Shown: positions 43,034-54,420, counted from the first letter of the stretch. The stretch is 63,766 bases of DNA from Thecamonas trahens ATCC 50062 (GCF_000142905.1 NW_013657668.1:48492-112257), one strand, 5' to 3'. Numbers and translations: made by a program. The notes: generated from the sequence alone by a model not told the origin.

Positions 43034-43748
43034 ATTCTACGTGGTCAATCACATACACTCCGCCCCGTGAGCCTCTTCGTCCCCCCCCCCCCCCCCCCCC
43101 CCTCCCCCCGCCCCTCCCACAACGCTCTTGGCTGCTGCTGCTGATGATGATGTCGCCTACGCAGCGGCACCACAGTCGGCCCAGACGCGGCACACCCGCA
43201 CCCGCAAGCAGCCTCGCGTTGCGAGTCTCCTCTTGCGCAAGGGACCACACGGCCATTCCTAGCTGCCTGCACAGTGTTCTTCATGCCCCATATATGGCTC
43301 TCTGTGGGTCCCGTCCACACGCCATGCCCATGCCAGCCTCGGTCAGAGCCGGACCGAGACGAGCGACCAAAAATTTGCCTCGCCGACCTAGACGCCCCGC
43401 CAGCGGTAGTCATACGGCTCCACAGGCACCATGGGGCCAGACACCGAGCCACAACCCTCTCGCAGCTGGTCCCCAACTCGCCTGGTACATGCTAGTTGCG
43501 TGGGGTGTGGCAGAGCATTCATTTCTCGCCTGCTACACGGGCTACTACTCGCGCTTCTACGTACGGTTGGATGCAGTCGGGTGTCGCTTCCTCCCGAGCA
43601 TTCGTCGCGGCTGGCGCCCGCTCGCCCAGTTTCGGCACACAAGCTGGATTTGGGTCGGGTTGGGGCGGTGGACATGCACACTGAGCCATACGCTTGGGAG
43701 AGGTGACTTTTTAGTCGCGCACCATCCCATGTCGGACCAGACCAACGT

Positions 43749-46355
43749 CTACGCCATCAAGCTGATGTCGAATGGGGCGTCAAGCGCGGCCACGCCGAGA
43801 ACAAACTTTCCGGTCTGCCCAGGCGTGAATGTCGAGACAACAAGGACGTAGTCGCCGGCGTCGATCGGTTCGTCCGAGACTATGTAGGCAAAGCCTGGGC
43901 GGTACGAGCCCGTCGAGAGCGCAAGCGCCGAGGTGTAGACAACCGAGACCCGCTCGGTACCGCGGACAAGCGAGACGTTGACCGCGTACTCGGCCTCGAG
44001 CTTAAGCACGATCCGGGATGGACCGGAGAGCCGGACTCTGTACTGTGGATTGCGGCCGTAGGTCGACGGCGAGTTGCACGAGCCACCGGCGCTCGCCGCC
44101 GTCCAGCTCCCGGTCAGCCGCTTCTCGCCAGGCAGCTTGAGCGGGATCTTCGTGACGCGGTTCGGGACCGTGGCGTAAATCGTCAGCGTGTAGTTGATGG
44201 GATGCAGCCGCTCGTACTGCGAGACAACCAGCGTGTACGAGGCCTTGCCCGGCGGGACATCGATGCGGGCGAGGACGTGGGGTGCGTTAATGTAGGTACC
44301 GCGGACAACGGCGCGCTCGCCGTAGTACACCCGGGCCCCGTTTGTGTTCTCAAACACGTGGACGGTGAGGTAGTCCTCCGACCGCTCCTCGAGCGCGGTC
44401 ACGTGCCGCGAGAGCAGGATCCACACCGAGCCAGGCGTCTTGGACTTGTTCACCGTCTGCAGCGCGTACTGTGGGTTGTATCCGAGAGTGTGCCGGTCTG
44501 ACTTGGGTCCGATCTTGTTGGAGAGCGCGTCGTGCAGAACGTAGCGGTGCGCAAACACATCTGGGTTCCACGACATGTGGACTCGCGAGTAGACTTGCTG
44601 CAGCGAGTCGTAGTCGATCCAGAACACGCCATTATCGTGGGCGAGCGCCTTGGACACGTTGTAGTTGAGCGCCTGCTGTAGTTCAGGAGTCCATCGCTTG
44701 GCATCGTGCCGCGAGTACGCGCCGCGCCACGACAATCGTGCCCATGGGTTCTTGAGGAGCAGAAACCGAACGCCGTCGACCTCCTGCAGATCGAGCACCG
44801 CATACGCGTGCGACGAGACCAGGCCAAGCTCGTCGTACTTGGCCGCCGGCAGTGACGAGTCGGTCGCTACGGTCAACACGCAATCGCCAAAGCGCAGGCC
44901 CGAGAGCATGCGCTCCCACGTCCGGGCCGGATCAAACTCAGCTCCATGCATGTCGACCGACTCGGGAATCCAGCCGCACAGCGCGTGCAGATCCGTTGTC
45001 GAGTTGGAGCCGGGAAAGTCGTACGAGCCGCCGCCATGGAGCTTCAGGAACGCCTTTTCGATGATGGAGACCCACAGCTCCGACGGGTCGGTCGAGTGCG
45101 AACACATGACCTGCCCGGATGTTGAGACCGGGAGGAGATCGTCGACGACGACCTTGCGCGGCACTCCATTGTACAGCAGCCGCACCATGTACTTGCCGCT
45201 CGGGTTGTACTTGGGCTGACCCGACACGTCCTGCGGAAAGATGCACGAGGTGACCAGCTGCTTCTTGAACCTCCGCTCGTACATGGCTGCCACCGCCAGT
45301 GACGACACAAACGAGCAGTCGGTGATGACCGTCTGCCGGATCGAGAAGGCCGAGATGAGGGAGATCATGGTTGGCCGCCGCCCGCCGCGAACCAGCTCGC
45401 GCGGCCGGCGCCACCCAGCAAACACCGCTTGCTGCTTGGACGAGAGCGTGAGTAAACCATCGGGGTCAGTGAATGGCTGCGCAAAGGAGAATGCGTCGTC
45501 GAGGTCGTAGTCGAGGAACGGCACAAACAGTCGCCCGTTGACGACCGACGACGCCGAGAGGATCCGCTTTTCCAGCTCGGTGTAGCCTTCACTGCTGCTC
45601 GTCGATGAGCTTTGCTTGCTGGTGCCACTCCGCCGCGTGCTCATGGCCGATGACAGCCGCCGCGACTTGAGCGCGGTCGCCGGCTGCGCCACCGGCGCCT
45701 TGCCCTTTTTGATCACTTCCGCCCGGGCGATGACGGCCTCGACCCGAGTCTTGGCCACAGCGACCTCGTCTTCGGCGCCAGCCACGCCGCTGGCCACCAC
45801 CGCCATGTATGCTTCGGCCGCATCGAGGTAGAGGCTCAGCGCCTTCTTGTTCTGTCCGGCCTCATCGTGCTTGAGCGCCATATCCAGCGCAAAGTCAGCA
45901 GCCTCGCGGCGGGCTCGGACAGCATCGACAGCAGCATCGGCTTCATCGCCACTCTCGCTCTTTCTACTAGCGCCGGCACCGTCGCCATCGGCCTCATCGG
46001 CTGCCAGCGCCGCTTGCAGCTGTTCGGCGTGGGCCGTGTACTCCTCGAGCTGATCGCGGACCAGTGCAGCCTTGGCAGCATCGGTCTCGGCGTGGAGCAC
46101 AAGAGTGAAGGCCGAGACGGCTTCGACATACAGCAGTAGCGCGGATGGAAGGTTGCCTGAGGCGTCAGCAGCGACGGCACGTTCGATTAGAGCAAAGGCA
46201 TCGCGGTAGAGGTCGGCGAGAGTGACCCGGCCTCCGCCCGACGGTGGCGCCGACGGGAGAGTCCGAGAGGCATGCGCAGGAGGCGCAGACGGCGCGAAAG
46301 GGTCGGCCACCTTAGTATGTCTTCCGCCGTGGTGCAAGAGACGGCTGTTGGGCAT
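43749..46355 (-). CDS. CAPN7: Calpain-7/PalB-like protease (2 MIT domains, CysPc catalytic domain, domain III)
   Basis: MIT helices (AVAADASGN..ALLLYVEA; ALKHDEAGQNKKALSLY), QTVITDCSFVSSL, LWVSIIEKAF, GSYDFPGSNS, SHAYAVLD, LKNPW, NPQY. Start codon uncertain. Confidence 0.9.
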   Translation of the reverse strand: MPNSRLLHHGGRHTKVADPFAPSAPPAHASRTLPSAPPSGGGRVTLADLYRDAFALIERAVAADASGNLPSALLLYVEAVSAFTLVLHAETDAAKAALVRDQLEEYTAHAEQLQAALAADEADGDGAGASRKSESGDEADAAVDAVRARREAADFALDMALKHDEAGQNKKALSLYLDAAEAYMAVVASGVAGAEDEVAVAKTRVEAVIARAEVIKKGKAPVAQPATALKSRRLSSAMSTRRSGTSKQSSSTSSSEGYTELEKRILSASSVVNGRLFVPFLDYDLDDAFSFAQPFTDPDGLLTLSSKQQAVFAGWRRPRELVRGGRRPTMISLISAFSIRQTVITDCSFVSSLAVAAMYERRFKKQLVTSCIFPQDVSGQPKYNPSGKYMVRLLYNGVPRKVVVDDLLPVSTSGQVMCSHSTDPSELWVSIIEKAFLKLHGGGSYDFPGSNSTTDLHALCGWIPESVDMHGAEFDPARTWERMLSGLRFGDCVLTVATDSSLPAAKYDELGLVSSHAYAVLDLQEVDGVRFLLLKNPWARLSWRGAYSRHDAKRWTPELQQALNYNVSKALAHDNGVFWIDYDSLQQVYSRVHMSWNPDVFAHRYVLHDALSNKIGPKSDRHTLGYNPQYALQTVNKSKTPGSVWILLSRHVTALEERSEDYLTVHVFENTNGARVYYGERAVVRGTYINAPHVLARIDVPPGKASYTLVVSQYERLHPINYTLTIYATVPNRVTKIPLKLPGEKRLTGSWTAASAGGSCNSPSTYGRNPQYRVRLSGPSRIVLKLEAEYAVNVSLVRGTERVSVVYTSALALSTGSYRPGFAYIVSDEPIDAGDYVLVVSTFTPGQTGKFVLGVAALDAPFDISLMA

Positions 46356-46557
46356 TGTTGCTCGTCGCTGGTGGTGGTGGTGACTGCGCCAAAGGAAGCT
46401 CGGCGCGAGGGGAGGAACACTCGGGTAAACTCGCCGGCTAGCCGATGCGACACACATGTGCGCGGCAGTGGTCACGCGCATTGCCATCGGCATGGTGTGA
46501 CAGAGTGACAGATTGATGGGATGGGTTGTTTGAAGGAGGGGGGGGGGGGGGGGGCAA

Positions 46558-47738
46558 TCACATGAACTGCTCCTTGTCGAGGCCAAGCCACTCGAGGGCG
46601 TTGTTGGCAAGGATGTCGGCCTTGGCCTCGTCGGACAGTTCCTCGTGCTCGAGGACACGCTTGCCGGGGACGGCCTCGCCTAGAACAAACGGGTAGTCTG
46701 TGCCGAGGCAGATCTTAGACTGGCCACAGAGGTCGACAAGGTACTTGAGCATGCGGTCGTCGTGGACGAGCGAATCGATCCAGAACTTGCCCAGAAAGTC
46801 GCGCGGCGGGGTGGTCGAGTGAGTCTGGCAAAGGTCGGGGCGGACGTTGAAGCCATGCTCAATCCGGCCGATGAGGGCCGGGAAGGAGCCGCCGCCGTGG
46901 GCAAAGGCCACCCGGAGGTTGGGCAGCTTGTCGAGGATGCCACCCATGGTAAAGTTGCAGATGGCGCGGGCAGTCTCGGACGGCATCGAGACGAGCCAGG
47001 CCATCCAGAACGGCCAGTGCGCCGACGCTGCCGGATCTTCCTTGATGTTGGCGCCCTGCTGGTACCACGGGTGGACAAAGATGGCGGCGCCGAGGGCGGC
47101 AGCCTCCTCAAAGATGGGGAACAGCTCGGGCGCGGAGAGCTCCCAGTCATTGACATGGGTTCCGATCTCAACGCCTGCAAGGCCAAGCTCAGTGATGCAA
47201 CGGCGCAGCTCCTTGACCGCCAGCTGCGGATGCTGCATGGGCAGGGTGCCCAGACCGACAAACCGCTTCGGGTTCTCCGCAACAACCATGGCCATGTGAT
47301 CGTTGAGGTAGCGGGTCCAGTCCTCAGCATCCTCCTCGTTCTTCATCCAGTAGTTGAAGAGGACTGGAGTCTGGGAGATGACATGCACATCAGCACCATC
47401 GGGCGTCTCCCCACCAGTACAGCCAGCATGTGGGCACATGTCGCGCATCCGTGCCTCGAGGTCAAACACGTTGGCGTCGACTTCCCGGAAGAACACCCCG
47501 TCCTTCCACATCTTGGTCGGCCCGTCGGCCGAGTGCTCCAGCTCGATAAAGCCACCGTAACTGTACATAGGGATAATGCGGTGAGGGGGGAGTGGCAGGA
47601 GAGGAGAGGGGGCAGGGGGAAGGGAAGGGGAACAGCATGGTGGGTAGGGGCGTACCCATACTTCTCCGCCAGGCCATGGAGGTCCGGAGGGAGAATGTGT
47701 GTGTGGATGTCAATTTTGAAAGGCTTGGGTGACGACAT
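46558..47738 (-). CDS. ACMSD: 2-amino-3-carboxymuconate-6-semialdehyde decarboxylase (amidohydrolase 2); exons 47738-47656, 47560-46558
   Basis: KIDIHTHILP, PVLFNYW, RFVGLGTLPMQ, FVHPW, FAHGGGSFP..GRIEHGFNVRPDL, LGTDYPF; intron GTACGC..CAG. Confidence 0.92.
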
Positions 47739-47879
47739 GGTGAGTGCTGGTGGGTAGAGAGGCGTGGTGGAGGTGGAGGGTGTGGTGCTGGTGAGCCGTG
47801 ACCGTGATCGTGATCGTGGCCATCAGCCATGGCATGGCTGATTGGCAGCGGATGACCCTTTGGCTGGGCATCGACCACA

Positions 47880-48638
47880 TTAACCACGACTGCGACCTAG
47901 ATCGTCCGCTGTAGTCAACATGCCTGGTGTGACAATGCCGGCTTTCACGAGCGCAGGCAACGCGGTGGAGCAGGAGAGAGCCAGGGCGACAACAACCTTG
48001 GGCGGGACTGTATCAACGAGATCAAAGCCGTGGGCGGAGGCAAAGTCATGGATGCGATCATCAGCGGCACTGGTGGCGCTTGGACTGGCGTCGGCGGGGA
48101 GTACGAGCTCGAGCTCGGCGATAGAGTACTCGGGCGCGCCGGGGCCGGCAAGCGGAAAGGTGGCGACGTCGACGACCAGCTCGAGGCCATCGCCTGTGAT
48201 GTAGTGACTTCGATCGGTTGCGACCACCGCTGCCACAGCCAAACTGTCAATTCTCTTATCACACAGCTCCTTCACCACCGAGCTGATGGTATCGACATCG
48301 GTCTCCTCGGCGTACACGCTCCTCGGCATACAGCTGCTGGCACCGCAGTCACTGACAGCCCGATGCTTGAGCTGGATGGAGGCTGTCTCTGGTCGCCACT
48401 GGCCCAGCTCCCTCCCGCCATCTGGAGGCATCACGTCGGTTAGCCTCGGTCCCCGCAACCGCAGCCAGGCATCAGCACCCATCAGCCTCCCCGGCTCGTC
48501 GACGACGTCGTAGTACGCGTCGACAAACGACGTGGTGCTGCCCGTGGCCGACGGCACCAGCACCCCGCTCTCAACCAACGCCTTGACCAACCCCGCACGC
48601 GGCAAAAATCGTCGCTCAATCTCCAGAACCCTCGCCAT
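47880..48638 (-). CDS. THTPA: CYTH-domain thiamine triphosphatase-like protein
   Basis: EIERRF, FVDAYYD, LMGADAWLRLR, QLK, YAEET, VVD..F, IAELEL, PPKV. Confidence 0.7.
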   Translation of the reverse strand: MARVLEIERRFLPRAGLVKALVESGVLVPSATGSTTSFVDAYYDVVDEPGRLMGADAWLRLRGPRLTDVMPPDGGRELGQWRPETASIQLKHRAVSDCGASSCMPRSVYAEETDVDTISSVVKELCDKRIDSLAVAAVVATDRSHYITGDGLELVVDVATFPLAGPGAPEYSIAELELVLPADASPSATSAADDRIHDFASAHGFDLVDTVPPKVVVALALSCSTALPALVKAGIVTPGMLTTADDLGRSRG

Positions 48639-48958
48639 TTGCCTGTGCGAGGGGCAGAGACAGATGTAGTGATGTTGATGGCGCCTGTCGATCCGACCGA
48701 ACGCCCCCCCCCCCCCCCCGCCTGCCTGACCGCCTGCCAGCCGGACCGCCCGCCCCGACCGACCGACTAACCACAAGGCGGCGATTGTACCTATACACTC
48801 GTATGCAACCTCGCCTTGGCCCCCGATCCCACGCCCGAATCACCCTCCAACTGAATCCGGACCAAGAATCATGGCGTCTTCGGCCTGCCATTAGCCCCCC
48901 CCCCCCCACCCCCCCCACGAGTAAAGCCCTGACGGGCGCGATCTGCATCCGATATACA

Positions 48959-49135
48959 NNNNNNNNNNNNNNNNNNNNNNNNNNNNNNNNNNNNNNNNNN
49001 NNNNNNNNNNNNNNNNNNNNNNNNNNNNNNNNNNNNNNNNNNNNNNNNNNNNNNNNNNNNNNNNNNNNNNNNNNNNNNNNNNNNNNNNNNNNNNNNNNNN
49101 NNNNNNNNNNNNNNNNNNNNNNNNNNNNNNNNNNN
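48959..49135. other. Assembly gap (177 N) abutting a (CA)n microsatellite (49137-49180)
   Basis: Run of N followed by a CA repeat. Confidence 1.
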
Positions 49136-49183
<48 letters not shown>

Positions 49184-49203
49184 CTATATACCCTTTCCCA
49201 TAC

Positions 49204-51576
49204 ATGCCTGCGCCTTCCAAGCGAGGTCGCGGAGGCACACTTGGGTCTATGGCCAGCAATGGAGGTGGTGCAGGCAGTGGAGGGAGCAGCAGCGGCATGG
49301 GGGTGAGGAGAGCGTCGACGGTAGAGTTGCCTGATCCGGTACTCCTTGACCAGCCGAGGTGGTGGGAAGCTAGCCAACGTCCGGCTCCTCCTTTGCTCCC
49401 GGCATCGCCGTCGCAGCAAGCGCTGACTCCTCGCTCGCCGGCAAGCTCAGTCCCGCAAGAACGCCCGCCCGCCGGCTGGATCGGCATCGGCGACCGCCCG
49501 CAGATCCCTCGCTCCGACGACTTCTTCTTTGACTACGCGCTGCAGTGCACCGTTCTTGGCATTGCCATGCACCCGGGTCTTGATCTGGTCCCACCGCTTG
49601 CGCTGCTGGCCGGCGTCGACGATCAGCCCGGCCGCCCGGCCTCGCGCCTGCAGACCTCGCGGTCGGGTGAGAACCTGCTCGTTCCGGGCCATCATGATGC
49701 CAAAGACAGCTCGGTGCCTGAGATGGCTGAGAGTCGGACAAGCGAGTCCGGCGAGCGCTCGTCGCGCCGCCGCAAGTCGAAGCAGCGCAGGAACCGTCGG
49801 TCGTCGGCCAACACGTCGGCCGCAGCAGGTGCCGCTCCCGCTGCCGACAACGACGCGGCCGGCGGCGACAAGGACGACGCCGCTCCCGCCGCTCCTGCAG
49901 ATACTGCCGCCGACAAGAGCGGGCCAGATGCTGCCGACGTCGACGCTGACATCGATGGGGCCATCCGCGGCATCGGCGAGGTGTATGAGGCCGAGTGGGC
50001 TCAGCAAGTCCTCGCCGCCATGGACGCCAATATCCCGTTTGTGCGGACGACTGTCATTGAGGGACTTCGCCTTGTCGGCCACCAGCTTGACGACGGCACA
50101 CTGACTGCCATTGCGCTGCTCGCACCCAAGCTCCCACTCGTCACCTCGCTCTTTCTTCGCAACGCCGCTATCCGGCCGGATCAGATGGCGCTCGTCCGCC
50201 ACATTGTGGCCACCGCACCCATCCAGACGCTCGCTGTCGACTTCAACTTTATGCCGAGCGCAGCAGGAGCGGCGGTCGACTCGTCGATGTACACATCACT
50301 GCTCACCCAGGTCTCGCTCTCGTCGCTCTCGCTCCGCGGCAACCACCTCAACGATGCCGACGCCGCCGTCCTCGCTGATGCGCTCAAGTCGAACCACTCG
50401 CTCACTTCGCTCAACCTCTTCCACAACGATGTGACCGATGTCGGTGTCGCGGCCCTCTCCGAGGCGCTGCGGGTCAACCAGCGATTGGTCTCGCTCTCGC
50501 TTGCTCGCAACGCGGTAACCACTGTCGGCGCGCTCTCGCTTGCCTCGACACTCTCGCGCTACGCCATGTCCGAAGAGGAAATCGAACTGCGAACCCGCAT
50601 GATCGGTATTATCGACGAGTCGTCGGCCACCAATGAGCTGCTCCGCTCTTCTGGAGTCCAGCCGTCGATGACGGGTGGGCAGGCCGCAACGCCGGTGCGT
50701 GGAACCCCTGTCGGTCGCATCAAGCGCGCGTCCGCCGCTACCCCCTCGCCGAGAAATCGCGCTCGCGCGAGCAAGGGCAAGGGCAAGTCGTCGCGCCGGT
50801 CGTCGCGCCACCAGAGCGGCGGCGGCGGCGGCGGCAAGCACGACCGCCGCGACCGCGGGCGCTCTTCGCGTCACCGCGGCAAGGGCAAAGTGGAGCCACC
50901 ACCAAAACCTGAAGAAACCGAGACGCTGGCAGACATGCTCGGTGGCATCGAGGTCGTTAACGGCAAGTACTACGCCGAAGGCAACCGGGTCCTCACCTCG
51001 CTCAATCTCTCGCACAACGCCATCGACGAGGCCGGCGCCCTCAAGCTCCTCGAGGCTGCCGTCGTCAACCCGGTCCTTGCCCGGCTTGCCCTCGACCGCA
51101 ACGAAGGGGTGTCGGAGGCGACGCGGAGCCAGCTCCAGGCCTTGCTGCTGGAGCGAGACCCGCTGTTTGTCCAGTGGCGCGCCGCCATGATGGCTCAGGC
51201 CGGTAGCATGGCGGATGGCAGCGCGGGCGACGACCAACCATCGGCCGCCGCTGCGGCTGCAGCTGCCATCGCCGCCGCTGCGGCGGCTGAGGCCAGTGAG
51301 CAAAGCAAGGCGGCGGCGGCGGCGGCCGAAGCCACCGAAGGCGGTGATGAGGCGTCGGCCGCGTGCGACGCGAGCCAGCCGGAGCTGGCCGACGCCACCA
51401 CCGTGGCGACCACGACTGACGCCGACTCGAAGAGTGGATACTCGTCAGACAACTCGTACTCACTTCCGTCGTCGTGCGACCGCTCGGCATCGCGCTCGGT
51501 CTCGCGCTCGGTCTCGCGCTCGTCTATGCTCCATAACCAGCGTGGCTCGTCGCACTCGCTTGCGGCGCAGAGCTGA
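49204..51576 (+). CDS. RNI-type leucine-rich repeat protein, LRRC71-like
   Basis: LSLRGNHLNDADA, LTSLNLFHNDVTDVG, ALRVNQRLVSLSLARN, followed by a basic insert and GNRVLTSLNLSHNAIDEAG, an arrangement like LRRC71. Confidence 0.7.
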   Translation: MPAPSKRGRGGTLGSMASNGGGAGSGGSSSGMGVRRASTVELPDPVLLDQPRWWEASQRPAPPLLPASPSQQALTPRSPASSVPQERPPAGWIGIGDRPQIPRSDDFFFDYALQCTVLGIAMHPGLDLVPPLALLAGVDDQPGRPASRLQTSRSGENLLVPGHHDAKDSSVPEMAESRTSESGERSSRRRKSKQRRNRRSSANTSAAAGAAPAADNDAAGGDKDDAAPAAPADTAADKSGPDAADVDADIDGAIRGIGEVYEAEWAQQVLAAMDANIPFVRTTVIEGLRLVGHQLDDGTLTAIALLAPKLPLVTSLFLRNAAIRPDQMALVRHIVATAPIQTLAVDFNFMPSAAGAAVDSSMYTSLLTQVSLSSLSLRGNHLNDADAAVLADALKSNHSLTSLNLFHNDVTDVGVAALSEALRVNQRLVSLSLARNAVTTVGALSLASTLSRYAMSEEEIELRTRMIGIIDESSATNELLRSSGVQPSMTGGQAATPVRGTPVGRIKRASAATPSPRNRARASKGKGKSSRRSSRHQSGGGGGGKHDRRDRGRSSRHRGKGKVEPPPKPEETETLADMLGGIEVVNGKYYAEGNRVLTSLNLSHNAIDEAGALKLLEAAVVNPVLARLALDRNEGVSEATRSQLQALLLERDPLFVQWRAAMMAQAGSMADGSAGDDQPSAAAAAAAAIAAAAAAEASEQSKAAAAAAEATEGGDEASAACDASQPELADATTVATTTDADSKSGYSSDNSYSLPSSCDRSASRSVSRSVSRSSMLHNQRGSSHSLAAQS

Positions 51577-51631
51577 GCACGGAAGGAGCACGTCGCTTCC
51601 CTCGCATACGATATGTTTTACCTTTGACTCT

Positions 51632-52279
51632 CTACACGCCGACCATACCGCCGAGCGTCGACTTGACGCAGCGGCGGGCGTAGGGAATGTAGGAGAGGCA
51701 GTACCAGATGCCAGCCAGGAACTGGATGATGATGCACATGAGGACGAGGACAGGCTCGTTGGGCCCGAGAGCAAAGTAGAGGGTAAAGCCAATAGCCACC
51801 ACATACACTGAGCTTGCAATAATCCGAGTCTCCTTCATCATCGACTTGATCTGTTTCCATGGCCCAGCCAGAAAGGCCGATGAGCCAATGGCACAGAGCG
51901 AGCCGAGCGAGTAGGTGATGGCAAACGCCGCCGGCTTGCCCTTGGGGATGTCCCACACAAAGAACGTCGACATGATACCGAGGACACATCCCACAGAGAA
52001 CATGATCCCAAACCCATACAGCCTCTACACATAGACAAACACACACACACACACACACCGCCACCACCACCCACCATGAGTACCCCCCCTGCCCTCTTCC
52101 CCCCATCTGCCTGCACACGCACGCGCCACCACCCCCACCCACCCACCCACCCACCCACCCACCCCCCCCTACCCCCGACATACCTCACGGTACGACAGCT
52201 TGCATGACTCGCGCATGTCGTCAACAAAGGTCTTCTCCTCCTCCTTCTTGCCCCCGAGGAGGTTCTTGAACGCCGACAT
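51632..52279 (-). CDS. SFT2: Sft2/Got1-family vesicle transport protein; exons 52279-52184, 52024-51632
   Basis: Spliced LSYRE|RLYGFGIMF; FAITYSLGS, FLAGPWKQIKSM, WYCLSYIPYAR; intron GTATGT..TAG. Confidence 0.9.
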
Positions 52280-52419
52280 GGTGGGCGGTGGTGGGCAGGT
52301 ATGTGGTGACGACTCGGCCTTGGGGTCAAGTGCCTACCGGTGCGCCTGCGGTGGTGGTGGTGTTGGTCATCGTGGTGGTGATGGTGACCGTACCAGTCAT
52401 GCTGCCGATGCTGCTTGCC

Positions 52420-52875
52420 GATGATGATGCTGCTGCCGATGCTTCTACCGATGATGATGCTGCTGCCGATGCTTCTACCGATGATGATGCTGCTGTCGAT
52501 GCTTCTACCGATGATGATGCTGCTGCCGATGCTTCTACCGATGATGATGCTGCTGCCGATGCTTCTACCGATGACGATGCTGCTGCCGATGCTTCTACCG
52601 ATGACGATGCTGCTGTCGATGCTTCTACCGATGACGATGCTGCTGCCGATGCTTCTACCGATGACGATGCTGCTGCCGATGCTTCTACCGATGATGATGC
52701 TGCTGTCGATGCTTCTACCGATGACGATGCTGCTGCCGATGCTTCTACCGATGATGATGCTGCTGCCGATGACGATGCTGCTGCCGATGCTTCTGATGAC
52801 GATGCTGCTGCCGATGCTTCTACCGATGACGATGCTGCTGCCGATGCTTCTACCAATGACGATGCTGATGCCGCG
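52420..52875. repeat. 30-bp minisatellite GATGAYGATGCTGCTGYCGATGCTTCTACC, 11 full plus ~4 degenerate copies
   Basis: Direct tandem array without spacers, lying between the divergent SFT2 and PanK genes. Confidence 0.95.
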
Positions 52876-53076
52876 TGACACACCCAAGCACCATGCCATG
52901 CGCCCAATGTCATTCAGTATCCGGCTCGGTGGCCGGTAGCCGCCGGTGTGTGTTGGCTGCCGCTTGACACAGCGGAAGACCGTCGACAAGGTGGACAGCA
53001 CGGCAGCACGTCTAGCGACCAGCAACCACTCCTCTCCTTGCCACCCACCCAGCCCCCCACACACATATACGCCACC

Positions 53077-54420
53077 ATGCTACGGCCATGGACAAGAAGC
53101 GTATCCCCGCTCTACTCGGTGGCGACGGGCTTGTGCGTCAGCCAAGCACCCGCCAAGGAGCGGACTCGGCTCAACCCGCAGACACCCCTCATCTCCGGGC
53201 CGACGACGCGAGGGATGCATACGGTTCTGGATGCTGTGGCTGTGGACATGGGCGGCTCGCTCTCCAAGCTGGCGTTCTTTGAGCCAGACTCGGGCTGGCT
53301 GGGAGAGACCATCCGTGCCTGGCGCCGCCACCCGTCGTATGCCTTTGCCGTCAAGGAGCCCTCGCTGTCTCTACGGACAAAGTCGGGCGTTCTGAGGTTC
53401 TCTCGCTTCGAGACCGCAGACGCAGAGGCTCTGGCAACGTCTCTCGCACTGCTTGCCGATCTCGCTGCCGAGCATCCTGACGCCGGCGAGATCGGCGACC
53501 GGCTGGCCGTGACCGGCGGCGGCGCGTTCAAGCACCGCCACACGCTCGAGGCCGCCTTTGCTTCCTCAGCCGCGGGATCGGTCTCTCTCGAGCCGTCTGA
53601 CGAAATGGCTGCGCTTGCCGCTGGCTTCCGCTTCCTTATGGCCAACCACGGGCCGGCTGCGCAATCTTACTGGTACACTGTGGACAAGGACTCGATGACA
53701 CTCTCGGCCCGCAAGCCCCTTGACGCCGCGTCAGCCTCGCTTGACGCCGTCCTTGTCAACATTGGCTCTGGTGTTTCGGTCCTGCATCTCGATGGCGGGC
53801 CGACCGGGGTCGCTCGCAGGATATCGGGCTCCTCCATCGGCGGCGCCACCTTTTGGGGCCTCTGTCGGCTCCTCACAAAGTATGCCACCTTTGACGAGGC
53901 CATCGCCGGCGCCTCGGCCGGCTCGCGCGACACCGTCGCCATGCTTGTCTCGGACATTTACGGCTCGGGCTACAATGCTGTTGGTCTCGACGGCTCCATC
54001 GTCGCCTCGGACTTTGGCAAGATCTCCACCATGGCGCACAACCCACGCGAGCCAGGCGTGCTCCGCGATGCCGACCTCGCCCGTGCCACCCTCGTCCTCG
54101 TCCTCAACAACATCGCCCAGATCTCCACCCTTGTTGCAGACAAGATTGCATCGTCACAGGACCGTGGCGAGCCGCAGCTCGCCAATGTCTTCTTTATGGG
54201 CGGCATGCTCCGCCCGGGCGTCATGGAAGACATTCTCGTCACAGGCCTCGACTTTTGGTCCGGCGGCTCGCTCCGCGCCGCCTTCTCGCACCACCAAAAC
54301 TACCTCGGTGCCCTTGGCGCCCTTGTCGGCAACAAGCGCTCGCTCGAGCCGTCATCGCTCGTTGCTACCCACGTCGACGGCACTCTTGTCACAGCTCCTG
54401 ACGATGGCGTCGGTCCCTGA
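53077..54420 (+). CDS. PANK: Type II (fumble) pantothenate kinase, possible mitochondrial presequence
   Basis: VDMGGSLSK, VTGGGAFK, DEM, LVNIGSGVS, GSSIGGATFWGL, VSDIYG, ASDFGK, YLGALGA; GCCACCATG start. Confidence 0.88.
   Translation: MLRPWTRSVSPLYSVATGLCVSQAPAKERTRLNPQTPLISGPTTRGMHTVLDAVAVDMGGSLSKLAFFEPDSGWLGETIRAWRRHPSYAFAVKEPSLSLRTKSGVLRFSRFETADAEALATSLALLADLAAEHPDAGEIGDRLAVTGGGAFKHRHTLEAAFASSAAGSVSLEPSDEMAALAAGFRFLMANHGPAAQSYWYTVDKDSMTLSARKPLDAASASLDAVLVNIGSGVSVLHLDGGPTGVARRISGSSIGGATFWGLCRLLTKYATFDEAIAGASAGSRDTVAMLVSDIYGSGYNAVGLDGSIVASDFGKISTMAHNPREPGVLRDADLARATLVLVLNNIAQISTLVADKIASSQDRGEPQLANVFFMGGMLRPGVMEDILVTGLDFWSGGSLRAAFSHHQNYLGALGALVGNKRSLEPSSLVATHVDGTLVTAPDDGVGP

Noticed and set aside
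52278-52304. Plus-strand ATG...CAG|GTATGT as the first exon of a gene containing the minisatellite
   Set aside because: It overlaps the SFT2 start codon, GTATG is the reverse complement of the CATAC element upstream of SFT2, and no matching acceptor was identified.
52420-52875. Possible CRISPR array (30-bp repeats)
   Set aside because: The repeats are directly tandem with no unique spacers, there are no cas genes, and the context is eukaryotic.
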